Positions 40,736 to 52,732 are shown, counted from the stretch's first letter. The stretch: DNA of 64,000 bases from Squalus acanthias (GCA_030390025.1 CM059431.1:127970001-128034000), one strand, 5' to 3'. The notes: a model not told the origin generated them from the sequence alone. Numbers and translations: made by a program.

Positions 40736-43060
40736 TTAGTTATTCGCCCTTCGAGAATGATCTCCCTCCCCTTCGCACTTCCCCCCTTCCCACCCTACTG
40801 CTCCTCCATAATGTGGCCCCAGTGGCTGCAGCAAGGCTGGCGGAAGGCTGCTGAATGTCAGATCCAGAGACTGCAGATGGCCTTGCAGGACGCCCTCGAC
40901 CAGCTCTGGACCTGGAGGGCTCGGCTGCAGACTGCACCAACTCTGCATGGGCGGCAGCAGTCTGGGCTGGCTGGGTTACAGGCTGCAGCAAGTGCAATGG
41001 CGGAGTGGCAATGGTGGGAGCAGGAATGCTGTCATCATGAGAGAGTTGAGAGGTCGCACAACACCAGGTTATAGTCCAACAGTTTTATTTTAAATCACAA
41101 GCTTTCGGAGTTAAAACTCCTTCGTCGGGTGAAGTGAGGAGATACAGAATCGTCAAAGCATATATAGATAGAGAACAAAGCATGTGTAACTTACAATTGC
41201 AGACAACTGAATTCAATCATCCTGACTGTTTATCTGCCGAGGTGTGATAAAGTTAATCAGGTCAGCCAGGAAGGTACCACATCAAAGACATGCTTTGTTC
41301 TCTATCTATATATGCTTTGACGATTCTGTATCTCCTCACTTCACCCGACGAAGGAGTTTTAACTCCGAAAGCTTGTGATTTAAAATAAAACTGTTGGACT
41401 ATAACCTGGTGTTGTGCGACCTCTCAATTTTGTCCACCCCAGTCCAACACCGGCATCTCCGCATCATGAGAGAGGGCAGCACCTTCCTGCTCGACCGACA
41501 CACTGCTGCTCCCCCGGGGCAGTACCTCAGCATCCGGAGCAGATTGCTGGCCTGCTGCGGCACTGTGAGATCCCTGGTAGATTGTGGGCGACCCAGCGAG
41601 GATGGTAGCAGTCAGTGCTTGCGTGACATCAATCTGAGACTGCATGCGAGCAGCCTGAGACTGGATGGCACCAGCCAATGACTCAATTCCAGCACTAAGC
41701 CATTGCGTTGCCTTGGCCTGTGCTGCAATAGATGCTGCTACCTCACCCATTACACGCGGCATGGGGTCTGGGTCCCCACGGTCTCTCTGCAATTCAACCA
41801 TCCTCTGCAATGAGGCAAGGATGGGTTCAAGGGTTTGCGCACAGATGATAGCTGTGCTGGCGGTGGACTCCTCCATGCTCCTAGCCAGTGCATCCATGCT
41901 GTCGGTCACCCTAACCATTGCACCCCTGAGTTCGGTATGCATGCTCATCGCCTGAGTATTCATCGCCACAATATCGAGGTCCTCATCCGAGTCCTGTGCA
42001 GCAGAACTTGTGCGCGCACTCACTCTCTGGGGAGATGGCCGCTGAGCTTCCCTTTCCCCATGGCGTTGCTGCAGCCCGCTGGGTCCCGCAGCTTCACCCA
42101 CATCAGATCCAAATTTCCTGCTCCCCTCCAGTGACCGCATGGCCCCAGTATCGGATGTCTCACCCTTGGGAGACACAAGCAGTGAGTCTCCGGCTTGGTG
42201 TTCCTCCTCCTCACCCGCATCGCTTCCACTGGGTGGCTGAGGGACAGGCTGGTCAGATGGTGTCTCATTATCTGAAAGCAAGAAGGTACAAGATTGGCTT
42301 TAACGTGAGGGCAGGGGGGCAGGAAGGGAGTAAGGAATGGAGAGAGTATAGTTAGATGGTATGTGGGAAAGACTGGTGTTGTGAGGGGGAGGTGGTATGA
42401 GAGAGGAGATAAAGATGATGAACATACCGTTGCTGTCCCCAAGGGGGTCGACCTCTCCAAGTACCACAGCGCCCATGACATGACTGGCGATGAGTCTGTG
42501 AACTCACTCCTCCAGCTGTGTGAGGGGGTGCAGCTCCGCCTGACCTCCTCCCGTGCATTGTTGCTCCCTCCGATTATGTGAAAGCTTGGCCTGCAAGAAA
42601 AAGAACAGCATGTGAGTGTGCAGCCATATTTTTTGGCAGATGTGCCTACCATAGCTGAATAGCCGTTCATGTCTGCAAGGTATGGGACGTGGATGTGACT
42701 TTTATTAGATGGGCATAGTTGTTGGATGAGTGTTTGGGATTTGGGAATTTACACCGTCTGTGCACAGAGTGAGGTTGAGATGGTGGGATGTAGAGGGATT
42801 TCAAGCATCTACTCACCCTGACCACCCGAGTGAGGTCGTTGAGCTTCTTGCGGCACTGCATGTAACGTCCTTTGGACCAGGCTCCTGGATGAAACATGCT
42901 GGGCAACCTCCCTCCACACCCTTGTAAACTCCCCGGGCAATGGCCTCCTACCAGTGTCTGGAAACAGCACTGCCCGTCGACGTTCCACAGCACCAATCAG
43001 AGCCACCAATGCCTGGTCGCTAAACTGACGAGCTCTCTTCTTGGGCCTCTGAGTAGCCAT
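40736..43060 (-). pseudogene. Three-exon Myb/SANT-like gene of copy B
   Basis: MATQRPKKRARQFSDQALVALIGAVERRRAVLFP..WREVA..QCRKKLND; exon 3 homologous to copy A. Confidence 0.85.
41046..41467 (+). mobile_element. Young ORF-less Penelope terminal-repeat insertion with inverted arms
   Basis: ~140-bp perfect inverted repeat; 3' tail ..GCATCAT; CATCATGAGAGAG duplicated at 41033-41045 and 41462-41474. Confidence 0.9.
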
Positions 43061-44240
43061 GATAATCTTGACTGCAGATTTACACCTCCTTGTAGGCGAG
43101 GTCAAATGCAGCAATGAGCAGGGTGAGGCTGTGCAGCATGATGGACCCTCCCTTTAAGAACTGGAAGGCGCCAGTCTGTCTGAGTACCAAGTAATTGACA
43201 TCGCCTCAGCTTGTGTAGTGCTCTGAGGTAGCGCCCCGTTCCCCGATGTTAGCGCCCTAAGACAGGTGTGTGGTGCTTGATTTAGCACTCAAATCAACTC
43301 TAGGGGCGTTGGAGATTAATTTCCCGGTCACCGCCGATAATTTGTGCCGGGCGCTAAATTTTACGCCCGTCCGATATTAGCGTCCCAAAATGGGCAATAC
43401 CGAATTTCACTGGAAGCGCCCCAAGAAGAAGGCAGGGCGCTGCTGGAAGTGCCCCGCCTCCCTCTTGGGGCGCTGCGAGTGAATATCACGGCGTTGCGGC
43501 ACATCGCGCCGCGGTACTGCAGGCCTTCCTCCCCTTATTAAAGGGGAGGGGCCTAGCGCAGCGTGACCCGGGGACCAGCTGAGCCGCCAGGGATTGGAGT
43601 GCCGGCAAAAGAGCCCGGCACTCAAGAGAAGTGCCGGGCTCACGGAGCACAGCCAGCACTGCTCTGAATTTTGCGGGAGGCGTTAGCAGTGCCGTGCCCG
43701 GGTGCTAGTTGCTTTGCACCCCGTTAGTGCCCTCTTTGGGCGCTAACGGGAGGCACAAATCAACCAAATTTTTCCCCCTATGACTGTATGGCACCAAGTT
43801 TTTGGTACAAATATTTTCTTTCAATAACCTATAGAACCTTCCAAAAAGCTTTCAACACACCAGGACAAAGGTCTAGTAGTTTCCAAGATAAGCCATTTTT
43901 GCCTGGTGTACTCCAATTCCTTGTCTTTCTCACAAACTCTTGCTGAGCTCACTTGAGTTCTGTTGGATGCACGCCACTCATCCAATTATATTTACCCCAT
44001 TCACTAGAACAAAAAGATGTGTAGTTTACATCTTACGCAGTTCTTCACCCATTCTGTTCGACTGTTATGTTACCAATATAATGCTGCACAGACATGAATC
44101 TGGCACAGCACCAAAATGGTGCTATATTAAATGCTCATCCAATTTTAAGAGATTGTATTTGCCAAATCCTAGTGAAACAGGCATCTGAATCTGTATTCAG
44201 ATTGTATGGACCCTCCCATAACACCCAAAGCTGACACAAT

Positions 44241-44984
44241 GGCCCAGAAATTGATCCCGCGACGCGAGAGTACGCACTGCGTACTCTCGCGTATTCCCAC
44301 TCCAATTGTCGGTTTTCTGCATGCCCTGCGCATGCGCTGAAAACCGGCAATTGCTCTTTTGAAAAGGGGACGGTTCCTCGGTGCATCGCGTGCGCGCTAC
44401 AGGCTGCGCGCACGCTGTGCACTTCATGCTTTGGACGTGCAGGTAAGTACGGAAGATTTTAGAAATGGAAAAAGGAGGAGTAAGACCCACTTTTAAGAAG
44501 GTAAGTAGTGAATTAAGTATTTTTTTGAATTTTTTTTAACAGGTATATCTTTTTTAGAGACTTTAAAGACAGGTAAGTTTATTTTTATAACTTTTTAAAA
44601 GATTTTAAATTTTTTCAAAAATTTAATTTTTAATTTAAAATGGTTAATTTAATTAACTATACTTATTTTATTAATGTGATGGTTTTTTTTTTAAATTTAA
44701 TTGAGGTTTAGCTGTTATTTTGGGGGGGTGTAAGATTCATAGATTTCACAGCACGTATGTGAAACTTATGAATGGAAGATGGTGTGCTGCCATTGGCTCT
44801 AACTGAGTCACGTGATCCCACAGCTCGCACGAATTCACTACGCCGCTGGGATACGCAAGCACTGCCCAGCTGATGTCTGGAACATCAAGTTCGTGCGAGC
44901 TGGATCTGAAAAAGCACAAGCGGAGTGAGAGATCGCGGGGAAGCCTTACCCCCGCGGGAACAGAGCGAGATCAATTTCTGGGCC
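44241..44984. mobile_element. Harbinger-type MITE
   Basis: TIR GGCCCAGAAATTGATC / GATCAATTTCTGGGCC; TSD AAT. Confidence 0.9.
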
Positions 44985-45049
44985 AATATGAATGAACTTT
45001 GGTCAATCTTGATAAGAGTATGCGTTCTCACCCTTCCTGACAGACTCAC

Positions 45050-45106
45050 ATTATTAACTGGATTGAAAGTGTGCAAGTGCTTGAAGCAAACTTTACACAC
45101 TGAGCC
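45050..45106 (-). CDS. Candidate host exon (GSVCKVCFKHLHTFNPVNN)
   Basis: tttcag| ... |gtgagt; 57 nt, joins exon 35083-35189 in frame. Confidence 0.4.
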
Positions 45107-45384
45107 CTGAAATTTTGAGTGAAATTTGGAGCGCCAGACTGAGTTTAGTTTAATGTTACCTCACTCACACAGTGTCAGGATGATAATATACTGCTGTAAT
45201 AATGGGCTTGGTGTGAGTGAAGAAGCCCTGTTAATGCCACTTTACTTACATGGGAACAAATGGACAGACTGGCTGGTCCATGAAGCTTGTCCCAAACAAT
45301 CACTACGCAACAAAGCATCATGTTCCCTCCCACTAGTCCCGCCTGCTTTCTGTATACAGGGATATTAGCCACAGAGAGAAACTC

Positions 45385-45745
45385 GTCCTGTTCCTTTTTT
45401 GAACTGTTGCTGAAAACATACTCATTACTCGAGCTGGAAACTTGTTCCAGGCGTTGACAACCCTCTGCATGAAGAAAACCCTCCTGATATCTAGCCGAGT
45501 AGTTTATAGGCATGATCCCTTATTTTCCCTAACCTACCTAGCTCAAGTAGTCTATCCATACAGATGCAGCCCAGTCCCTTCAACATTTTAAATACTTCAA
45601 TTAAATCTCCATGATGTCTATGCTTTTCTAGAGTAAAAAAAACCTCGCTAAGCCTATCATGATAACTTAGGCTTTTAAGATAGGGATCATTCTCGTAGAC
45701 CTCTTTGTACCTTTTCCAGGGCCTCAATATCACCCACCATTGTAC
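45385..45745 (-). mobile_element. Old CR1 3' fragment
   Basis: LSYHDRL..FTLEK.R..GDLIEVFKML. Confidence 0.7.
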
Positions 45746-46824
45746 CTGCATTATAACACTGACGTTATTAATTTCTAGATCTGGCACAGCACTGTTTATT
45801 AAATCTTACTATGATATTTCACCAATTCTGAGCTCCTGGTGGAGAACGTCGCTCAAAGGGAGAACGGGTCTGAGAATTGGTGCCGCAGCATTGTCGCACT
45901 CTCTCTGATCTGCATTCCCTTCAAGCCCAGCTTCTCACTGGGAGCATAGAATTGGTAAATTTTCCCTCAATTTTTTGCCTTCTCTTCTCATACTTTTGTT
46001 GTGTTTTATATTTTCCAACATACTGTACTGCTGACTTACTGAGTGCCAAGTCTGGATTGACCTTACACTTTTTATAATTCCAGTTACCCGTCTCAATCCC
46101 CTGGGCTACGGATGGGAAAATCAAGCTGGGTGCCTGCTGGGAAGTGTTGCAAGTGTAGACACTCAGTAAGATGTGAATTGAGCTAAGCTGTAATTCCCTC
46201 ATGAAGAATAGCTGTTTACACAAGATCACTAATGTAGAATAGTCACTTCTCAAAAGAACCAGTGGGTGGCTGAAACTCATGGGGCCATAATTTAATAGGT
46301 GCCTTTGAAAGATGAGGGGACAAAATTGATGGGAAAAAAGAAAAGGGATTTTTTTTTTTGATCTCACACATCTCCCCTTCAAAGCTCTGCAGTAACCTTG
46401 TACCTTCCCTGTAGTTGTGCTTTAACTGGGTTCTACTGCCTGATGCTTTCTATCACATTGCTGACCATTCATCCTTAAATAGGGATGGAAAAGGACTTCT
46501 AGAGCACAACTCTTCAATCATAATTAAATTTCTGTCATGTGTGATGTAGAGGGCAGTATTAAATCAATCAGCTTATGGCACTTGAGGCAAATACAATTCC
46601 TATAGGAGAGAAGAGGTACAACATAATGACATTCGAGTTGTGTATGAGTGATAGATTGAATATGAATACTGGAAGTAAGACAGGATATGAATGGTAATGA
46701 ATTAGACGGTTCCTTTCAAGCTCAAGATACACAGTCCTACATGCTCTTCCTCTTCTCTCCATCCTGACTGTGTCACAATCAAGATTTGTTGCACCGGCTC
46801 ATTCTCTCCAAGGATGACGACAAT

Positions 46825-47175
46825 GACAACAACAACAAGTTGCATTTACCTAGCGTCTTTAACATAGCAAAACGTCTCAAGGCGCTTCACAGGAATGTAA
46901 TCAACCAAAAATTGACACAGAGCCACAAAGAAGAAGATATTAGGAGGAATGACTAAAAGCTTGGTCAATGAGGTAAGTTTTAAGGAACATCTTAAAGGAG
47001 GAGAGAGAGGTGGAGAGGCGGAGAGGCTCAAGCAAGGAATTCCAGAGCTTCAGGCCTAGATGGCTGAAGGCATAGCCTCCAATGGCGAATAAGTGGAGGA
47101 GGCACAAAAGACCAGAATTGGAGGAACGCAGAGTTCTTTGAGGGTTGTAGGGCTGGAGGAGGTTACAGAGATAGG
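46825..47175 (-). mobile_element. L2 3' end
   Basis: Reverse homolog of 20968-21165; (GTT)n tail. Confidence 0.7.
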
Positions 47176-47198
47176 GACCACAAAACCTAGAACTCCTT

Positions 47199-48066
47199 GG
47201 GGTAAAAATTCACTTGGTTGCGACTCCCGTTAGCGCCTTAAGAGGGCGCTAATGGGGCGCAAAGCCGCTAACGCCCGGGCGCAGCGATGTTTGCGCCGCT
47301 CGAGAACTTAACTTGAGATTGTGCGGCGGCGCTAAAACTTACCGCTGCGACCACCTGCGCGCGCAGATTGTGACGTCATTCCATGGTGCAACGCCCTTGT
47401 GGCGCCCCGTAGCGGAAATTGAGTGGCGCCCCCTGCCTTACCGCCTGGCGCTTCCAACGACCAGAAGACTGGAACGCTATCAATCGCTGTGGGGCTGGGG
47501 GGGGGGGCGCTATTTAAAGGGGGCCTCTTCCTGTCTTTTATTGTTGGTGGCATTTTTGAACTACGCATTCTGAGAGAGAGAGGGAGAGACTTCTGGAGAG
47601 ATTCAACATTGTGTGAAGGAGTTTTGGGTACTGAGCAGCACTTTGCAGGTTCATTTTGATTTGCCATTCCTTGTATCGATTTAGCAGAGACTGTGGGAGC
47701 TGCACTCTGAGCTCTTTGCCTGGTACTCTCCATTGTTCTTTCCAGCACATTTGATGTGCAAGTCTCTCCAGGCCGAGATTCAAGGCAGCAATGAACAGGA
47801 TGTGGATGGAAAGCAAGATTAACCATCCCCTTTAAGAACTGGCCCGTGCCATTGTGTGTGTGTTCCATTGCTGACTGACATTACATGAGCTTCGCCAGTG
47901 CTCCGAGTTAGCGCCTCACTGCTCGGCCTTTGCGCCTTAAGAGAGGTGTGCAGTGCCTGCTTTAGCGCTCCACTCACCTCCCGGGGCGGTAAAAGTGAAG
48001 TTTCCTGTCAGTGCCGATAATTAGCGCCAGGCGCTAATATTTGCGTCCGGACGATATTTGCGCCCC
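47199..48066. mobile_element. Non-autonomous Harbinger derivative
   Basis: Both ends match subterminal regions of copies A/B; many GGCGCTAA motifs. Confidence 0.7.
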
Positions 48067-49481
48067 TTATCTTCCTTTGTTTTTCTATTTTCCTATAATC
48101 TTCAGACCAAGCCAAAGCTGTCAGCATCTAATCCTGATTTACCCCATCTTCTACCATACACTTTTCAAACTTGATGGTTCCCTGCACTATAGACATAGAA
48201 AACATAGGAACATAGGAACAGGAGCAGGCCATTTAGCCCCTCGAGGGTGTCCCACCATTCAATGAGATCATGGCTGATCTGCATCCTAACTCCATACATC
48301 CGCCTTTGTCCCATGTCCCTTAATACCTTTAGTTAACAAAAAGCTATGAATCTCAGATTTAAAATGAACAATTGATCGAAAATCAACTGCTGTTTGCGGG
48401 AGAGAGTTCCAAACTTCTACCAGCCTTTGTGTGTAGAAGTGTTTCCTAATATCACTCCTGAAAGATCTGGCTCTAATTTTTAGACTATGTCCCCTAGTCC
48501 TAGAACCCCAATCCAGCGGAAATCGTTTCTCTCTAACTACCCTATCTGTTCCCCTTAATATCTTGAAAACTTCCATCAAATCACCCCCTTAACCTTCTAA
48601 ATTCCAAGGAATACAACCATAATTTGTGTAATCTCTCCTTGTAATTTAACCCTTGGAGTCAAGGGCAAGAAATTGGGCTCGCTAGCACCCATTTTTTGGG
48701 TGCTACAAATGTCTTAGAGCTGCAAAATGGTGTCCGCAGCACATGCGCACACTTATGATGTGAAGCGCGCTGGACGCTATCTTGGTGCAGGCATTAGCTT
48801 GCACGCTGGAAGTATACAGAGCAGGCAGATCATGACTTCAAGCAGCGTGCAACGCTGGTTGACGCCAGCACTGCTATTTTGGAGCTCAATGTTCCAGCTG
48901 ATGCCCTCTCTTAAGCTGACAAAGCTGAACACACGTTAAGCAGCAGGAAGGACCCCCACCAGCGCTATTTAAAGGGATCATCAACTACTGACAGGCTAGT
49001 TGCTGATTGATTTCTTCTGGCTGTTGCCACAATTCTACACATTTTTGGTGCATTTCATACTTGTTTCAAGTATCAAATGTCTACAGAGAATGGTGTGGCA
49101 AGTGCTTAAGTCCATTTTGCTGACTTCAATGCTTCTGCACAAATCAGTTTCTCCCAGACATCGGTGTATCAGTAGGCCTTCCTCTTAGAGCATGTCTAGG
49201 AGAATGAGCAGAGGTCACGCAGATTAGGACAAGCTTCTAGAAGAGGGAGGAGGAGAAGAGGGAGAAGGGCTCTCAACAGGAGGTCATATCCACCCAGGGT
49301 CTTCAGGGAGTTATTCTCCGACTGGAGCCTCAGCGAGGAACAGTGTGTGAGACATCTGCACTTCACTAAGGAGGGTCTCAATGAAATCTACCAACTGCTG
49401 CAGCTACAACTGCAACCTCAGAGGAGGGCAAGGACCGCATTGCCAGTGACTGTGAAGGTGACAGTGGTGAGTAACTTTTAT

Positions 49482-52400
49482 TTTTTTTTATATTAGTTCA
49501 TGGGATGTGGGCATCACTGGCAAGGCCATGCATTTATTGCCCATCCCTAATTGCCCTTGAGAAGGTGGTGGTGAGCTGCCTTCTTGAACCGCTGCAGTCC
49601 GTGTGGTGAAGGTACTCCCACAGTGCTGTTAGGGAGGGAGTTCCAAGATTTTGACCCAGCGACGATGAAGGAACGCCGATATACTTCCAAGTCAGAATGG
49701 TGTGTGACTTGTAGGTTAACTTGGAGGTGCTGGTGTTCCCATGCGCCTGCTGCCCTTGTCCTTCTAGGTGGAAGAGGTCGCAGGTTTGGGAGGTGCTGCT
49801 GAAGAAGCCTTGGCAAGTTGCTGCAGTGCATCTTGTAGATGGTACACACTGCAGCAACGGTACGCCGGTGGTGGAGGGAGTGAATGTTTAAGGTGGTGGA
49901 TGGGGTGCCAATCAAGCGGCCTGCTTGGTTCTGGATGTTGTCGAGCTACTTGAGTGTTGTTGGAGCTGCACTCATCCAGGCAAGTGGAGAGTATTCCATC
50001 ACACTCCTGACTTGTGCCTTTTTGATGGTGGAAAGGCTTTGGGGAGTCAGGAGGTGAGACACTCGCCACAGAATACCCAGCCGCTAACCTGCTCTTGTTG
50101 CCACAATATTTATGTGGCTGGTCCAGTTACGTTTCTGGTCAATGGTGACCCCCAGGATGTTGATGGTGGGGGATTCGGCAATGGTAATGCCGTTGAATGT
50201 CAAGGGGCGGTGGTTAGACTCTCGCTTGTTGGAGATAGTCATTGCCTGACACGTGTGTGGTGCAAATGTTACCTGCCACTTACCTGAACATTGTCCAGGT
50301 CTTGGTGCATGCAGGCACGGACGGCTTCATTATCAGAGGAGTTGTGAATGGCACTGAACACTGTGCAGTCATCAGCGAACATCCACATTTCTGACCTTAT
50401 GTTGGAGGGAAGGTCATTGATGAAGCAGCTGAAGATGGTTGGGCCTAGGACACTGCCCTGAGAAACTACTGCAGCGATGTCCTGGGGCTGTGATGATTCA
50501 CCTTCAACCACCACAACCATCTTCCTTTGTGCTAGGTATGACTCCAGCCAGTGAAGAGTTTTCTCCCCCTGATTCCCATTGACTTCAGTTTTACTGGGGC
50601 TCCTTGATGCCACACCTGGTCAAATGCTGTCTTGATGTCAAGGGCAGTCATTCTCACCTCACCTCTGGAATTCAGCTCCTTTGTCCATGTTTGGACCAAG
50701 GCTGTAATGAGGTCGGGAGCCAAGTGGTCTTGGCGGAACCTAAACTGGGCATCAGTGAGCAGGTTATTGGTGAATAAGTGCCACTTGATAGCACTGTCGA
50801 TGGCACCTTCCATCACTTTGCCGATGATTGAGAGTAGTCTGATGGGTCGGTAATTGGCCGGATTGGATTTGTCCTGCTTTTTGTGGACTGGACATACCTG
50901 GGTAGTTTTCCACTTTGTTAGATAGATGCCAATGTTGTAGCTGTATTGGAACAGCTTGGCTAGATGCACGGCTAGTTCTGGAGCACAAGTCTTTAGCACA
51001 ACAGCCGGAATGTTGTCGGGGCCAATAGCCTTTGCTGTATCCAGTGCGCTCAGCCATTTCTTGATATCTCATGGAGTGAATCAAATTGGCTGAAGATTGG
51101 CTTCTGTGATGGTAGGAACCACAGGAGTAGGCCGATATGGATCATCTACTCGGCACTTCTGGCTGAAGATGGTTGCAAACGCTTCAGTCTTGTCTTTTGC
51201 ACTCATGTGCTGGGCTCCACCATCATTGAGGATGGGAATATTCATGGAGCCTCCTCCTCCCGTTAGTTGTTTAATGTTCCACCACCATTCACGACTGGAT
51301 GTGGCAGGACTTCAGAGCTTTGATCTGATCCGTTGATTGTGGGATCGCTCAGCCCTGTCTATATCATGCTGCTTCCGCTTTTTAGCATGCATGTTGTCCT
51401 GTGTTGCAGCTTCCCCAGGTTGGCACCTCATTTTTAGGTATGCCTGGTGCTGCTCCTGGCATGCTCTTCTACACACCTTATTGAACCAGGGTTGGTCCCG
51501 TGGCTTGATGGTAAAGGTAGAATGAGGGATATGCCAGGCCATGAGGTTACAGATTGTGGTGGAATACAATTCTGCTGCTGCTGATGGCCCACAGCGCCTC
51601 ATGGATGCCCAGTTTTGAGCTGCTAGATCTGTTCTGAATCTATCCCATTGCCACACAACATGATCGATGGTGTCCTCAGTGTGAAGACGGGACTTCGTCC
51701 CCACAATGACTGTGCGGTGGTCATGGACAGATGCATCATCGACAGGTAGATTGGTGAGGACGAGGTCAAATAGGTTTTGCCCTTGTGTTGGTTCTCTCAC
51801 CACCTGTCGCAGGCCCAGCTTGGCAGCTATGTCCTTCAGGACTCGGCCAGCTCAGTCAGTAGTGCTGCTACTGAGCCACTCTTGGTGATGGACATTGAAG
51901 TCCCCCACCCAGAGAACATTCTGTGCCCTTTGCTACTCTCAGTGCTTCTTCCAAGTGGTGTTCAACATGGAGGAGTACTGATTCAGCAGCTGAGCGAGGG
52001 CGGTAGGTGGTAATCAGCAGGAGGTTTCCTTGCCCATGCTTGACCTGAAGCCATGAGACTTCATGGGGTCCGGAGTCAATGTTGATGACTCCCAGGGCCA
52101 CTCCTTCCCGACTGTATACCACTGTGCCGCCACCCCTGTTGGGTTTGTCCTGCTGGTGGGACAGGACATACCCAGGGATGGTGATGGAGGAGTTTGGGAC
52201 ATTGGCTGAAAGGTATGATCCTATGAGTATGACTATGTCAGGCTGTTGCTTGATTAGTCTGTGGGACAGCTCTCCCAATTTTGGCACAAGTCCCCAGATG
52301 TTGGTGAGGAGGACTGTGCAGGATCGACTGGGTTGGGTGTGCCATTGTTGTGTCCGTAGCCAGTGCCGAGGTCGATGCCGGGTGATCCGTCCAGTTTTAT

Positions 52401-52732
52401 TCTTATTATCGTGTTTCGTAGCGGTTTGTTACAACTGAGTGGCTTGCTAGGCCATTTCAGAGGGAAGTTAAGAGTCAACCACTTTGCTGTGGGTCTGGAG
52501 TCACATATAGACCAGGTAAGGATGGCAGATTTCCTTCCCTGAAGGACATTAGTGAACCAGAACGATAATCTGATTATTTCATGGTTACCATTACTGAACT
52601 AGCTTTTTATTCCAGATTTATTTAATTAACTGAATTTAAATTCCCCAGCTGCCGTGGTGGGATTTGAACTCACGTCTCTGGATCATTAATCCAGGCCTCT
52701 AGATTACTAGTCCAGTAGCATTACCACTACGC
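49482..52732 (-). mobile_element. Essentially full-length single-ORF LINE (APE+RT, CR1-group/Zenon-like) with tRNA-derived 5' head
   Basis: APE (LLTNIWGL, PDIVIL, RGGGTVVY, DLVLTN), RT (NYRPI, DIKTAFD, QGSVLGP, FADD), A-rich tail; TTAT on both flanks. Confidence 0.9.
52649..52732 (-). promoter_or_regulatory. tRNA-like type 2 Pol III internal promoter
   Basis: GCGTAGTGG (A box, 5'-clipped), GAGTTCAAATCC (B box), CACGGCA acceptor-like end. Confidence 0.75.

Larger units (their letters stand above)
36427..43778. mobile_element. Complete two-gene PIF/Harbinger transposon (copy B)
   Basis: 40-bp TIR GGGGGAAAAATTYGGTTGRTTWGTGCCTCCYGTTAGCGCC; TSD TAT. Confidence 0.92.

Noticed and set aside
52649..52732. 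Functional tRNA gene
   Set aside because: 5' acceptor strand missing, extra arm, no T-run terminator, fused to LINE
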